Positions 1-14,694 of a DNA stretch of 64,000 nucleotides are shown piece after piece (within the stretch, counting starts at the first letter, position 1; each line of letters opens with the position of its first letter). This DNA is from Octopus sinensis (taxonomy: Eukaryota). The notes below the pieces were generated by a model. It worked only from the letters and a program-made list of their open reading frames with translations. It was not told where the DNA came from and did not search any database. Location of the stretch: assembly GCF_006345805.1 (NCBI RefSeq), contig NC_042997.1:125736001-125800000 (forward strand), given 5' to 3'. Made by a program: the position numbers and the translations under genes.

Positions 1-150
1 CTGCTGACCTCCCCTGTTTGAAGGTTGTAATGGACACAGGTTTGAGTGTCACATAGCTAGCTAGAGGCAATGGCCTCTTGGAGCTAATCAACGGCAGCAT
101 TCGTCCTATTTTTCTGGACTGCATGTTAGCTTGGCGATAACTATTAATAT
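1..150. repeat. Dispersed repeat, homologous to 51619-51775
   Basis: CTGACCTCCCCTGTT..GGACACAGG..CACATAGCTAGCTAGAGGC..GAGCTAATCAACGGCAGCAT shared; the 51.6-kb copy follows a hammerhead-like motif. Confidence 0.8.
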
Positions 151-196
151 CCAGTACAGCTGCCATAGTCCCTTTAGAAAGAATTAGAAATAATGA

Positions 197-247
<51 letters not shown>

Positions 248-344
248 CGGGAAGCTTTATGAAAATAGACAAAAGACGAAGGCAGGTGGGAAACAAACAA
301 ACAATTGTATTAGTATGGCGCTCAGGAAATATAAATAAAACAAG

Positions 345-382
345 TCTTTAACGTTTCGAGCCTACGCTCTTCAACAGAAAGA
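345..382 (-). ncRNA. Degenerate minimal hammerhead motif in Penelope-like terminal remnant
   Basis: Minus strand TCTTT | CTGTTGA | A-GAGC-gtag-GCTC | GAAA | CG | TT | AAAGA; one core substitution. Confidence 0.4.
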
Positions 383-3300
383 TACACAGAGAGAAAAAAA
401 ACACAGAAAGGAGAGAAAAAAAATGCGTGCAGTAACTAACGAATCAACATGGCGATCTGATTTCGGCCAGAGGTCAAAGATCAAACATGAGACGCGAGAG
501 CGAAATAAGGGGAGATAATAGGGTTGATAATAGGGTTGAATGACCAGCTATTAGTGCGTATGAGAGGTCTGGACGTGTGTATGTATAGGGTTGGTGTATG
601 TATTAGTATGTATAAGGGTGTGTGTGTGTGTGTGTATGAGAGAGTATTAGTGCGTATGAGAGGTCTGGACGTGCGTATGTATAGGGTTGGTGTATGTATT
701 AGTATGTATTAGTATGTATTAGTACGTATACAGCCAGCTTCTTTTAGTTTCTGCCAATTTCATTCACAAGTCTTTCATAGAAGACACTTGTCCAAAGTGC
801 CACACAGTGAGACTAAACCTGAAGCCATATCATTGAAAAGCAAACTTCTTCACCATATGACAATACCTGTGCTTATATCACACACATGCACAAAAACACA
901 CACACGCACGCACACATGCCTACATAACTTTAAAATAGAATAAGGTAACAAAAAAAAATTCTTATACAAAACAATTTTCTTGTAATGGAAATCATAAGTT
1001 GAAATTTAGCCTTCATTACAAGAAGGCCAAATCTATTCCAAGACCATTAAATTAAAGATATCAGTTTTATATGAGAAGCGTGCAAAAATGTTTATCTCTA
1101 TCTGTTTGTCTTTGAGAAACTTCAAAGTATCATACATTGTTTACAACAGTTAATGGTTGGGTGTAGGACGCTGAAAAGCCACATTTTTGTTCTGGATATT
1201 AAAACTAAATATTATTTGATAAGATAAAATTTCTAGGAACATGTCGATAAGACATTTTGTTATCGTAATCTTGCCACAAAGAAGATTTGTGTGTGTATGT
1301 GTGTGTGAGTGTGTGTGTGGAAAGGGGGGGGCGGATATGAATATATATTTATATATATATGTATGTATATTTATGTATTTAAGTATTATGTAATGTATGT
1401 ATTTAAGCATATAAATTTTACTTCTAGTTTCATTTGAAAGAATTTCAAAGTTTAGATAAACATGTGATATGTCTCACACTATATACTTTATACATTTGCG
1501 TCGTTGTGTGCGCGTGTGTATGTGTGTGTGTGTACATATATGTATATGCATACATGCATATATACTTATATAAACATATATACATATATATTTATTTCTT
1601 TATTGCCCACAAGGGGCTAAACATAGAGGGAACAAATAAGGAAAGAGAAAGGGATTAAGTTGATTATATCGATCCTAGTGCATAACTGGTACTTATTTAA
1701 TCGACCCCAAAAGGATGAAAGGCAAAGTCAACCTCAACGGAATTTGAACTCAGAATGTAACGGCAGACAGAATACCTATTTCTTTACTACCCACAAAGGG
1801 CTAAACACAGAGAGGACAAACAAGGACAGACAAACGGATTAAGTCGATTACATCGATCCCAGTGCGTAACTGGTACTTATTTAATCGACCCCGAAAGGAT
1901 GAAAGGCAAAGTCGACCTCGGCGGAATTTGAACTCAGAACATAGCGGCAGACGAAATACCGCTAAGCATTTCGCCTGGCACGCTAACAATTTTGCCAGCT
2001 CACCACCTTTATATATACATATATATACATATATATTATTAATGTAATGTGTGTATCTGTGTGTTTGCTGTTTGTGTGTATGTATGGGTGTGTGTATGGA
2101 TGAGTGTGTAAATGTGTGTGTGTGTGTATATGCATTTAATTTTTTTTATAATTTCGACCCAAAACCAATAAGTTTGAGATGAGGGTGGCACTAGACCATG
2201 CAACACTGCTACTTTATTTTATGAGGCCCATTGGGATGAAAGACAAGGTTGATTTCAGTGAAACTTGAACTCAGAATGTAAAACTCTGTAACAAATAACC
2301 CAAACCATTTTTTCCTCAATAGTTTCCATTTCATTTAACATCTGTTTCTTCGTACTCGATGGCTTAAGCATAATTGTAATGGCTCGATGTTCATCTTGTT
2401 ACCAAACCTTATGTTTTTTTTACGTAATAGGTTATTTATTTTATTCCAGAAGCTTCAAAAGCACAGAGAAAACAGACAGTTTACTGACAGGAAATGTCAA
2501 CAAATGCCATCAGTTGCACCCTGGCTATAAACTGTCATTATTGCTTATAGCAGAGCTGCAAACCATAATGTTACAGTTAGGTAACCATTACACACTCATA
2601 TTCATTTATATTCATATATAAATATATCCATGTGCACGTGTGTGTGTGTATGTGTGTGTGCATGTTTGTTTGTGTGTGGATGTGTGTGGGGGTGCAACAA
2701 ACCTCTTTCAATGCCATTCTACCAAATTACCTCTGAGAATTAGGATGGTTGTCAAGGGCTTGGGCAAGTGTCTTCTACTATAGCCTCGGGCCGACCAAAA
2801 CCTTGTGAGTAGATTTGGTAGGTGGAAACTGGAAGAAGCCCATCATATGTGTGTGTGTGTGTTGTGTGACTTTGACCCCCCCCCCCAACATCGCTTAGCA
2901 GTTCTCCATAACTTAGCAGTTCGGCAAAAGAGACCAATAGAATAAGTACTAGGCTTACAAAGAATAAGCTCTGGGGTTGATTTGCTCGACTAAAGGTGGT
3001 GCTCCAGCATGGCTGCAGTCAAATGACTGAAACAAGTAAAAGAATAAAAGAAATAAAAGAATGTGTGTGTGTGTGTGTGTGGTGGTTTCATGAATTCGAT
3101 CCTTGATCACCAAATTTCACTTAACAGTTCAACAGCACTTTTCTCAGTTGAATTATCTCACTAACTAGATTCTGCCTTTGGTCACCTCTGCATCATCTCC
3201 TTTTGGCCAGCTCTCTTTTTCCTACAGTGTTTTAGTATTTATAACTATGCAAAACCAGCTAGAAGGATAGACATATTGTTGAGAACAATAGATTTCGTTG

Positions 3301-3545
3301 GTGGTACCTGTTAGCTCAATTCTAATTCAATTATCTCATTTCATTTGGTGTCCCAGAAGGAGTCAGAAGGGTCAAGTGGCAAATACATTATTTCACTTAG
3401 TGAAGGCATCTGGTAAATGTAACTACTGCCATTCACATAGAAACTATTGTTTTACAATGAGAAAAGTGCTGTTGAACTGTTAAGTGAAATTTGGCAATCA
3501 AGGATCGAATTCACACTATACCTGCATGAAGCCACTACATATATA

Positions 3546-4775
3546 TCATCATCATTTAACGTCTGTTTTCCATGCTAGCATGGGTTGGACGATTTTGACT
3601 GAGGGCTGACAACCAGATGGCTGCACCAGGCTCCAATCTGATCTGGCAGAGTTTCTACAGCTGGATGCCCTTCCTAACGCCAACCACTCCAAGAGTGTAG
3701 TGGGTGCTTTTTACATGCCACCTGCACGGGGGCCAGTCAGGTGGTACTGGCAATGACCTCACTCGAATCTTTTTACATGTTCCACCAGCACAGGTGCCAG
3801 TGAAGCGACGTTCGAATGGTGCCCTTTTATGTGCCACGAGTACAGAAGCCAGTTGGCAGTTCTGGCAACGATCACGCTTGGAAGGTGTTCTTGGCACCCT
3901 ACTAGCACAGGCATAAGTGCCGGTAAGGCAACGCTGGTAACGATCATACTTGAATAGCTGCTCTGTCAACGATCACACTCGTATGGTGCTCTTTGCACCC
4001 CACTAGCACAGATGCCAGTCATCAAAATGATTTTGATTTTGATTTCACTTGCATCAACAGGTCTTCGCAAGCAAAATTTAGAGACCAAAGAAGGAAAAGC
4101 TACGCATAAGTGGGCTGGTTATGCTCCTGGCATAGGCCACGGGCTATGGTCTCATCTGGCTTGCCGGGTCTTCTCAAGCACAGCATATTTCCAAAAGTCT
4201 CGGTCGCTAGTCAATTCCTTGGTGAGGCCTAATGTTCGAAGGTCATGCTTCATCACTTCATCCCAGGTCTTCCTGGGTCTACCTCTTCCACAGGTTCCCT
4301 CAACCGCTAGGATGTGGCACTTTTTCAAACAGCTGTCCTCATCCATTCTCACCACATGACCATACCAGAGCAGTCATCTCTCTTGCACACCACATCTAAT
4401 GCTTATTAGGTCCAACTTTTCTCTCAAGGTACTTATGCTCTGTCGAGTATGCACACTGACATTACACATCCATCGGAGCATACTGGCTTCATTCCTTGTG
4501 AGCTTACGCATATCCTCAGCAGTCACAGCCCATGTTTCACTGCCGTGTAGCATGGCTGTTCGTACACATGCATCATACAGTCTACCTTTTACTCTGAGCG
4601 AGAGGCCCTTTGTCACCAGTAGAGGTAAGAGCTCTCTGAACTTTGGACAAGCTATTCTTATTCTAGCAGTTACACTTTCAGTGCACCCTCCTCCACTACT
4701 GATTTGGTCACCTAGATAATGGAAGCTATCAACTACTTCTAGTTTTTCTCCCTGGAATGTGGCAGAGGAAATAGT
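3546..4775 (-). mobile_element. RTE-like LINE 3' fragment (GAT-tailed family)
   Basis: LEVVDSFHYLG, RLYDACVRTAMLHGSETW, GRGRPRKTWDEV; 3' UTR ends ...CATGCTAGCATGGAAAACAGACGTTAAA(TGA)n. Confidence 0.85.
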
Positions 4776-5601
4776 GACACAACAAGGTACCAATTACTAT
4801 TGTGCATGTGTATGTGTGTGTATGTGTATGTGTGTGTGTGTGTGTGTGTGTATGCATATATATATATATATATAAACCAGCTTAGAGAAGAAGAAGAAAC
4901 GAAACGAATCAAATCGAATCGATGCGAGGGCGCTCAGTCATACAATAGTGTAATAAATAAAATATATGCATGGAGTTGAACTAGGGACAGCTGATGAAGG
5001 GGATTTTTCCTTGTGTAGTTGTCTTGTACTCTGTTTTTTCGTTGTTAAAAAAATGGTCCGTTCTATGCTGTTTTTACTTTTTCGTTTCTTGTTGAGTTCT
5101 ACGTCTATTTGTGGTGTCCTGTACACACGTATATATATTTATATATGCATGTATATATACATGTAGATGTAGGTACGTACATATATGTTTGTATGTATGC
5201 ATATATTTTATTTATTACACCATATATATATATATATATATATATATGTTGCAGGAGATTCCAAAGATGTCTGGAGGTCGTGGTTGAAGCCAATGGTGAT
5301 TTTATTGAATAAATTTACTCTTAAGTATTTCAAGATATTTTTATGTAATTTTGGTAAATATTTCTGTTAATATATATATATATATATACATATATAGTTT
5401 AAAAAATCTTATGGTATACACTTCAAAGTTTGCTGTTAGAACACATTCACTGGTTCAGTGTTTGTTGTGTATTTGATTAATGAGAGAGATGGAAGATGCA
5501 AGAATCTTTATTGATCACTACAACAAACACAGAGTCAGTCAACATACTTTATCAGCAAACTACCAGGTGTATACCATATAATTTATTAACTAATATACAC
5601 A

Positions 5602-6303
5602 CAGGGTGCAGTGAATATATTGTTGTCTAAATTACACAAAAATGAAAATAATACTGACATCTCATTTTAACAGATATATTTACCAAAATTACCTAAAAAT
5701 ATCTTGAAATACTTAAGAGTAAATTTATTCAATAAAATCACCATTGGCTTCAACCACAACCACCAGACATCTTCAGAATCTCATGCAACTCTTCTGGACA
5801 GTCTCTCTGGTGAATACTGGCATAATCCTTGCCTTCAGTTCATCTTTGGTGTTACAAGGAGTTTTGTTGATCTCTCGCTCAACTGTGCCCCACGCATGAT
5901 AATCAAGGGGGCTGCAGTCTGGGGAGTTGGGGTGTCCAGATGTTAGGGGTCTTCCAGCAGCCACTCTCTTGACCCAAGGCAGCATTATCTCCACCAGGCA
6001 CTTGATGTAGGCCTCTGTGTTGTGTTTGAGGTCATGTGGGAAGATGAATGGAAGCATAATGTCACCATCACTAGTGATCAGTCTAAACACCATGATGTTG
6101 ACTGGATGTTTGATTTTTATCATTCTTAGTATCTGAGCTTAGATTGCATTGTCCTCAGATTGACACCCAAACACTCTGAAATGTTTATACTGGAGCTTCC
6201 AGTATGAATGCCAAGCAGTACCACATGTTGTTTCCAAATTTCTGGCAGAATGAATTGTGTCATGGTGCTGTTTTCCTCACAGGTGGTGTTCAACTGACCC
6301 TAC
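5602..6303 (-). mobile_element. Tc1/mariner (maT/DD37D-like) element, internally deleted
   Basis: KHPVNIMVF..ITSDGDIMLPFIFP..NSPDCSPLDYHAWGTVERE; N-terminal CLGVNLRT; terminal CAGGGTG. A second 3' end copy lies inverted at 5248-5372. Confidence 0.8.
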
Positions 6304-6490
6304 TATACTGTGTAGTCGACAAAATCAAAAACAAACAATACGCACGCATGAAATTAAATATATAAAATGGTGACAATTTACCCATCGCAGCCTGTATAAG
6401 TGCATATATGTGTGTGTGTGTGTGCGTGTGTGTGTGTGTAAATACATTTATGTGTATGTACATATATATAAATATATATATGTACGTACA

Positions 6491-6522
<32 letters not shown>

Positions 6523-7907
6523 AATATGATAAATTGTTGTAATGTTGTAATCCTTAATGTCAGACAGTTATAATGCCCCACTCTGATATAGCAGTATAGT
6601 TAGTAAGACAAGAAGACCACAACTATCTATGACCATCTACTTCGTACTCTCTGTTTATACTGACCAATGTCACCTTATTTATAGCAACTAGTGTATACCC
6701 TTCATCACGTGGGCCGAGTGTACCATTATTACTATTATCCCCACAACATCTCCCTTTTAAGTTTTTCTTTTTTTTTCTTAAGGAGTGTTATTTTATTTTA
6801 TTTTAATACCAATACTTTTTATATCATCCCAACTCCCTTTTTTGATTTTTTTTTCTTAGTTCCACATTTAATATTTTTTTTCCATTTGGCATCTACTTCC
6901 AGGAACTCCATACATTTTCTTTTCTTACACTTGTGCACATGAGTTCAATCACCTGTAGTGGCATTTGTACTTGAAAGTACCATATAACCATTCTGTTGGT
7001 TCTATCATTCTCTTGGGTTTGCCCTCAACAAATTTTTTTTTCAGTTGGTTCGTGTCTCTTGTATATGCCTTTTCTACTTTTTACCAAATATAGCACTTTT
7101 CCTATGCATTTGGTAATCACACCATCTTCCCAACTCTGTTTTCCATTCTTATATGCCCTCACAAACACTTTTTCACTAATTTTTTAAAATCTTGCTGTAT
7201 TTTCCCTTGCAATTTTTCTTTTTTTGCCCAGTAGCAATTTGTCGAAGACTGATTTTATTTGTTTTCATCACAAACATTGACTCCACCAGTTACATACTTG
7301 CTGATGTATTTGGATTTGGAGTCACACAGTATACTCTTAAGAGTTGTTCTATACTCTTAAGAACTTTTCCTCACATGTAGACCTCCACATACAAAACATG
7401 GGTCTTTTTCTTGATTTTTGTCCTGTTTGTACTGTATTTTAGTACACACTTTATTTCTATTCTGCCTATTTCACACTTGTTTCACTTGGGAGCAATCTTT
7501 ATGCTCAATTTTCTCTGTATCGTGTCTTAAATTTACTATTCTTTCACACTCTTATGACACTTGTAAGATAACAGCTTTGGTTTTATTCCAACTTAGCAAG
7601 AATTCTTGTTCTTATTTTTGTGTCTGCCTCTGCAGTTAGCCCCTGAGTAAATATCAGGCACTTGAACATATCTGGCGTTAATTCGTCCAGAATGAATTTT
7701 TCACATTCCCTGTTAACTCTACCAGCATATGTGATGAAGTCCTCCACGTTGTTCTTTTCTAGGTTCAAATATCTCCAACATGTATTGAACAACAAGCTTT
7801 TCTCACAAAAATATTTACACAATATATATTTATTGTATCTTTAAAGTTTAATGTCAGAAGGTTTCTTTTTTAGGAGTATGTAATTACTGTAACGCTCATC
7901 TTCTCTT

Positions 7908-10900
7908 GCTTCTACTATAGCCTCGGGTCGACCAAAGCCTTGTGAGTGGATTTGGTAGACGGAAACTGAAAGAAGCCCATCGTATATATATATATATATA
8001 TATATTTGTTTGGTTTGTTTGGCATCCTTTCTGTCTCGGGAGACAATGGAGTTGCGCATTTTTTTTTTTTTTTTTTCTAGGTCTAGTCCGGCTGTTATAT
8101 TTTATTTCCTGTTACATTTCTTGCTGTGGCTGTGTAGTCCTATCCTGGACAAACACTCCCTCTGGCAGGTACTGCAAATGTAGCGAAGACTGTTCCTGGC
8201 CTGATTGTAGTGCCATGGTCTCTTGTTTATGTCTCTTCCTTTCTTTCCATTTCTCCTCTCTCTTTCTGTCACTCCTCTGTATACCCTCTTTTACTGTACG
8301 TCGCCATTCTCCACGGTTGCCGGCGACTGCCTCCCAACCGCTAATGTTGATGTTGCAGGCCTTCATATCCCTTTTGCAAACATCCTTGTAACGCAAGATC
8401 GGTCTACCCACAGACCTAGTACCCCTAGCAAGCTCTCCGTAGAGTATGTCCTTGGGGATTCTGCCATCTTTCATACGGCTAACATGCCCAAGCCATCTCA
8501 TACGTCTTTGTGTGAGGAGTGCAAACATGCTTGGTATTCCTGCTTGCCTGAGGACATCTTTGTTGGGGATATGATTCTGCCATTTGATGTGGAGGATTTT
8601 TCGGAGGCAGCGCAGGTGAAAGATGTTTAGGCGACGCTCTTGGCGTGTGTATAGCGTCCAGGTCTCGCTTCCATACAGTAGAGTGCTGAGTACACATGCC
8701 TGGTAGATCTTCATTTTTGTGGTCTTGGTCAGCTTATTGTTGTCCCAAGCCCGTTTGGAGAGTTGGGCCATCGCAGCAGCTGCCTTGCCAATGCGTATAT
8801 TGAGCTCAGCGTCAAGGGATAGGTTGTAGGTGACGGTAGAGCCCAGATAGGTAAACTTCTCCACCTCTTGTAATCTGTGGTCTCCAATATGTATGTTTGG
8901 GATGTCCGATGTAGCCTGGCCCATGATGTTGGTCTTCTTAAGGCTGATAGCTAAGCCAAAGTCGTTACATGCTTGCTCAAAACAGTTAATGAGCCTTTGG
9001 AGGGCTTCTTCTGTGTGTGTTACCAGAGCGGCATCATCAGCAAATAACATCTCCTTGATCAGGACGTTTCTGATTTTGGTCTTGGCACGCAGGCGCGAGA
9101 GATTGAACAGTTTCCGTCACTTTACTGTGCAAGAAACACTCCATCATCTGATGTCTGAAAGGCATGTGACAGCAAGAGTGAGAAGAAGATGCCAAACAAT
9201 GTAGGAGCGAGGACACAGCCTTGCTTTACCCCGTTTTTTATTTGGAAGGCGGCTGATGTTGAACCGTTGTGCTGTATGGTGCCTTGCATGTCATCATGGA
9301 AAGACTTGATGATCCTCAGCAGCTTTGGTGGACATCCGATTTTTTGGAGCAGGAGGAAGAGGCCTGTTCTGCTTACCGAGTCAAAAGCCTTTGTTAGATC
9401 AATGAAGGCCATATATAATGGCATTTTCTGCTCTCTGGACTTCTCCTGAAGTTGGCGTATGGAGAATATCATATCGATAGTTGATCTGCTTCTTCTAAAG
9501 CCACACTGCGATTCCGGATAGATTCGAGAAGCAAGTAGTTGTAGCCTGGCCAGGATAACGCGGGCAAAGGTCTTTCCAAAGTGCTTAGAAGGGATATACC
9601 ACGGTAATTGTTACAATCACCACGGTCACCTTTGTTTTTGTAGAGCGTAATGATGTTGGCATCCCGCATATCCTGAGGGACTGTACCCTCTTCCCAGCAC
9701 TGACACAGAAGCTCATGAAGGTGCCGAAGCAGGATGGTGTTTTTGCCGGCTTTGATGATCTCTGAGGGGATGCCGTCTTTTCCCGGAGCCTTATTTCTTG
9801 CTAGGGAGTCAACAGCCTTGGTGAGCTCTGCTATAGATGGCGGACTGTCAAGTTCGCACATGACTGGCAAGATCTTGACACTCTTGACTGCAGCCTCAGC
9901 CACTGTGGTCTCCCGTGAGTAGAGATCCTGGTAGTGCTCCACCCATCTATTCATTTGCTTGCCTTGATCCCTGATGAGATCTCCAGTAGTTGATTTCAGA
10001 GGGGCTGACTTGGTTGCGGATGGACCGAGGGCCTTCTTCAAACCAGCATACATCCCACGGGTGTCGCCCCTGTCAGCAGCTGACTGGATACTCTGACAGA
10101 TTTCCTGCCAATACCTATTTGCACAGCATCTGGCTGTCAGTTGGGTTTTATTTCGTGCCTTTCTGAGTTCTTCGAGTGACTTTGTAGAAGAGTCACTCTT
10201 GTATTGCACCAGAGCTGCACGCTTTGCTTCGATAACTGGCTCCAGCTCTGAGAGCCCAGCATTGAACCAATCTGGGTTTTGCCTTTCTCTCATGCCGAAA
10301 GTATCCAATGATGTCGTATACAAGGCTTCCCTGATATAGTCCCACCTACTTTCAGCAGAGGAGGTTGGGCAGCTACTGAGGGCAACCTTGATAGAAGCAG
10401 CAAAACATTTTCGCAGTGTAGGGTCCGAGGTTCTGGCGGTGTGTTGATGCGTGGTCGGCCCACTTTCTTGGAGCGATGGACTTTTTTAGGGAGAATCCTC
10501 ACCCTGCTTCTAATTAGTGAGTGGTCTGTGTCACAATCCGCACTGTGGTAACTGCGGGTCAATAGAGTGGAACTCAGAAAGGATCTCCGTGTAATGATGA
10601 GATCCAGCTGATGCCAGTGGTGAGATCTTGGATGTCTCCAGGATGCCTTGTGGGATGGCTTGCTGGTGAAGAATGTGTTTGTGATGCACAGGTTGTGGTA
10701 TGTGCAGAATTCGAGTAGTCTCTGACCATTGTCATTCATGTTGCCAATACCAAAGTGTCCAACACAAATGGGCCACGAATCATGGTCAGATCCCACGCGA
10801 GCGTTAAAATCCCCTAGAAGGTAGATATTTCAGTCGTTGGTATATTTTCTAGGACACAGTTGAGATCTTTGTAGAACTGGTCCTTGGTCTCCTCTGAGCT

Positions 10901-11838
10901 GTAGAGAGTGGGAGCATAGATGCTGAGTAGATGTACTGAGCCAGAAGAAGTCGAGAGGCGCAGTGAGAGGATACGCTCAGTGCCTCCTGATGGTGGTTCT
11001 ATTGAGGAGAGTAGTGAGTTTCTCACTGCAAAGCCAACGCCATGTTGACGAGGTTCTTCTGGATCTCTTCCCTGCCAAAAGAAGGTGAAGTCCTGCTCTT
11101 TGAGTCTGCTGTTTGAGGGAAGTCTTGTCTCCTGCAGCCCAGCAATATCTATGTTGAGCCTCTTTAGTTCACGGTCAATGATGGCCGTTTTCCTTGTGTC
11201 TTCAATACTGAGAAGATCGTCAGATATTCCAGGACACATGGTCCTGACATTCCAGCTTGCCAACTGCAGAACTGGTGTTTTCTTGAATTTTAGTTGCTTG
11301 CCTAGTGCAGAGGTTGCAGGCCGCTTTTCGAGTCGTACTCTTAGCTCCAAGCACCCAATGGAACAGGCGGCTTGTGGCGGGTCAGCACCTTTTAACTGGG
11401 AGCTGCCCAGCTTGAGGTGGGCAGTAGCTAACCAATAGGACACGGAAGTCCCTCCCACCGGCAGAGGTAACCCGTAGCGTCCATATTTTACGCCAATCTG
11501 AATGGACTTATCACTCGTAACTGTTACCTCCGTGTTGTTTCTGCAGCTTTTTACAGCAGCACTGAAGTGTCCTCTCCAGTTTGTATATGTTTGTATATGT
11601 ATATGTGTGTATATGTTTGTGTGTCTGTGTTTGTCCCCCACACACACACACAACATCGCTTGACAACCGATACTGGCGTGTTTACGTCCCCATAACTTAG
11701 CGGTTCGGCAAAAGAGACCGACAGAATAAGTACTAAGCTTACAAATAATAAGCTCTGGGGTCGATTTGCTCGACTAAAGGCGACGCTCCAGCATGGCCAC
11801 AGTTACATGACTGAAACAAATAAAAGAGTAAAAGAGTA
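7908..11838 (+). mobile_element. SINE family B copy split by the RTE insertion (halves 7908-8003 and 11581-11838)
   Basis: Left half CTTCTACTATAGCC...GAAGCCCATCG(TA)n and right half (TG)n...GCTCCAGCATGGCCACAG...AAAGAG are contiguous in intact copies (e.g. 31355-31740). Confidence 0.8.
8004..11580 (-). mobile_element. Near full-length RTE-clade LINE (APE endonuclease + RT), frameshifted
   Basis: APE motifs LASWNVRTM, IAGLQETRL, HGVGFAV, SIYAPT, HWHQLDLII, SDHSL-like DTDHSL; RT motifs NYRGISLL, FIDLTKAFD, GVKQGCVLAPTLF, LFADD, FTYLGS; coding split over five ORFs; 5' UTR to about 11580; (CCAAA)-like 3' tail. Confidence 0.93.
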
Positions 11839-12249
11839 AGCCTCGGAGGTAACTCCTTCGTCTGGTTCATACATAAGTTCTGTTATCGAGATTGCAACAT
11901 AATCTAGCGAGAACATTTTTTCACCATTTCCTGACGACTTACTCTTCATTAACTACAGCATTTATTGCTGTAATAGTAATTGTTATTGTTGTTGCTTCTA
12001 TTGTTGTTCTTGCAGTTGTAGCTGCTGCTGCTGTTGTTCTTGCAGTTGCTTTAGTTGCTGATTTTGCAACTTGAGCAAACTGGCCAACAAATTTTCCATA
12101 ATTTTACCATTTATTTTTCCATAAAATTCGCACAAAAAAAACTTTTCTGAGTTTGTTAATTCCTTATCGCCATTGTTGTAATCCTGTTGTTATAACGCCC
12201 ACTCTGGTATGTGTGTGTGCGTGTGTGTGTGTGTGTGTGTGTGGTGTGT

Positions 12250-12306
<57 letters not shown>

Positions 12307-13005
12307 GCGCATAGATATATATAAAGAGACCAAACTGTACGTACGCCGCTATAATTTTATATATATAAATACAAAAATGGGACAAGAATGCAAAACATCC
12401 AGGCAGACAATACAAAGAAAACAAAGACGGTCATTTGAAGTTTTCTTTCCTCAGTCGAATTCCAGATTATCTTTGCAATTTCGGCTGGTTATACTCGAGA
12501 TTTCTCCAATTTGGTCAGCCCCAAGGAAAAATTAAGCTAAGAGCATTAGATTCCTTGGAAGAAAGCAGTGAATGTATACGAAAACAAGGACGGAAAAAAA
12601 CGGAGAAATGTTACACAAATACAAATGCAAATAACAGGAAATAACAACAGGTGTCTTTCGACTAAGGACAAATTAAATTAAACTGGCGTGTGTGGAAGTA
12701 AAGCCTTACGGCAGGGACATAAGATTTGACAGGCACAAGGAGGAATATAGATGTTGCACAGATGGTAGTCGAGCCAAGAAAGAAAGGTCAGGCTTGGCTG
12801 AACACCGGTCACGTGGGGAGAGAAGAGAGAGAGGTAGAGGCAGAGGGATAGAAGAATTAAGGAGGGGTGAGAAAAAATAAAAGGGACAGAGTGAAGTGAA
12901 AGAGGAGGGAAAATGAGCATGAAGAGAAGGCCAGGAAATGTGAGAGATGGGAAACGAAAGAACGAAGAGTGGAATCACATACACACACACATACACACAC
13001 ACACA

Positions 13006-13046
<41 letters not shown>

Positions 13047-13349
13047 AATCATAAATATTAAAAATTATTACCAGTTCAGATGATATCTGAATTTTCACAA
13101 ATAATCTTTTCTTGCCATTTGATATCTTCAGCTTTATAATATAATTGCATCAATAAGACTTTGTTTTTTTGTGTGTGCTTTTTTTTCAAAGCCAAAACGA
13201 ATCCATTTTAATCTTTAAAAAAATGGAAAGAAGAAAAAAATTCAATTCCAGCTTCAGACAAAATTGAAGATTGTTCCATTATATATTCATGATATCTGTT
13301 CAGTAAATATATTCATGTTTTTAAAAATATGTCTGTGTAACTATTTCTT

Positions 13350-13830
<481 letters not shown>

Positions 13831-14072
13831 TATTTGTTTTAATATCAAGTTATATATAAATAGAATTTGACATTCAACTGGGGGATTGCTGAATACTATT
13901 TAGTAGAATACAGATTTATTAAACTTTTACATGTAAAAAGTTGACAGTGACTTCGAAATTCTGGCTTACGCATCTTAGTCAGACTGTCTATGTGTGTGTG
14001 CACCTATGAGTGCCTGCGTGCGTGCGTGTGTACGTGTGTGTATACACATACACACACGCGCGCGCGCACACA

Positions 14073-14342
14073 TCTCTTATTATAAAAGGCAGATTTTATC
14101 TGCCTCCCTTTGGGAGTTATACAAATCTACAATATAGGATTTCTTCAATTACAATTTACCTAGCAGTTTTAAGAGTACAATGCATCGCGTCATGCCAGGT
14201 CCAGTTTTTAAAATTTAAACTCCAATTAAGCAAAATTTACAGAAAACTCACATTCTGGTGTGTGTGTCAAATGCTTTTCTTAGTCTGGTTACACCACACG
14301 CAAACGCACACACACAGTGGGCAACGAATAAAGTGAAACTAG
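14073..14342 (+). mobile_element. Possible degenerate Helitron
   Basis: A|TCTCTTATTATAAAAGG start and GGGCAACG...CTAG end; hairpin eroded. Confidence 0.4.
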
Positions 14343-14565
14343 ATGTAATATTTGTTCTCTCTATCACGTTGATAGATACATGAGTAAAATGTATGGGAAG
14401 CTAACACATAAGTGTGAGTGAAAATGTTCTTGGAAGAGAGTAAATAGCCAGAGATAGTGATTTGAGGAAGACTTGACTTGACATTAAATAACCGTAGTGG
14501 CTTGTGTTAGTAATAAAGTAAACATACACTCATACATACATACATACATACATACATACATACAT

Positions 14566-14598
<33 letters not shown>

Positions 14599-14661
14599 TA
14601 CATACATACACACACACATACATACATACACACATACATACATACATATACATACATACAT

Positions 14662-14694
<33 letters not shown>

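Larger units (their letters stand above)
6543..12209 (-). mobile_element. Ty3/Gypsy LTR retrotransposon remnant (internally deleted), interrupted by SINE and RTE LINE
   Basis: 3' LTR 6543-6748 with TGTTGT...ACAACA ends; polypurine tract adjacent (6749-6763); integrase C-terminal remnant (YKNGKQSWEDGVITKCIGKVLYLVK); gag RECEKFILDELTPDMFKCLIFTQGL (7583-7822); gag N-terminus MENLLASLLKLQNQQ...YEPDEGVTSE (11840-12100); PBS TGGCGA 12167-12172; 5' LTR remnant from 12174 matching the 3' LTR. Confidence 0.82.
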
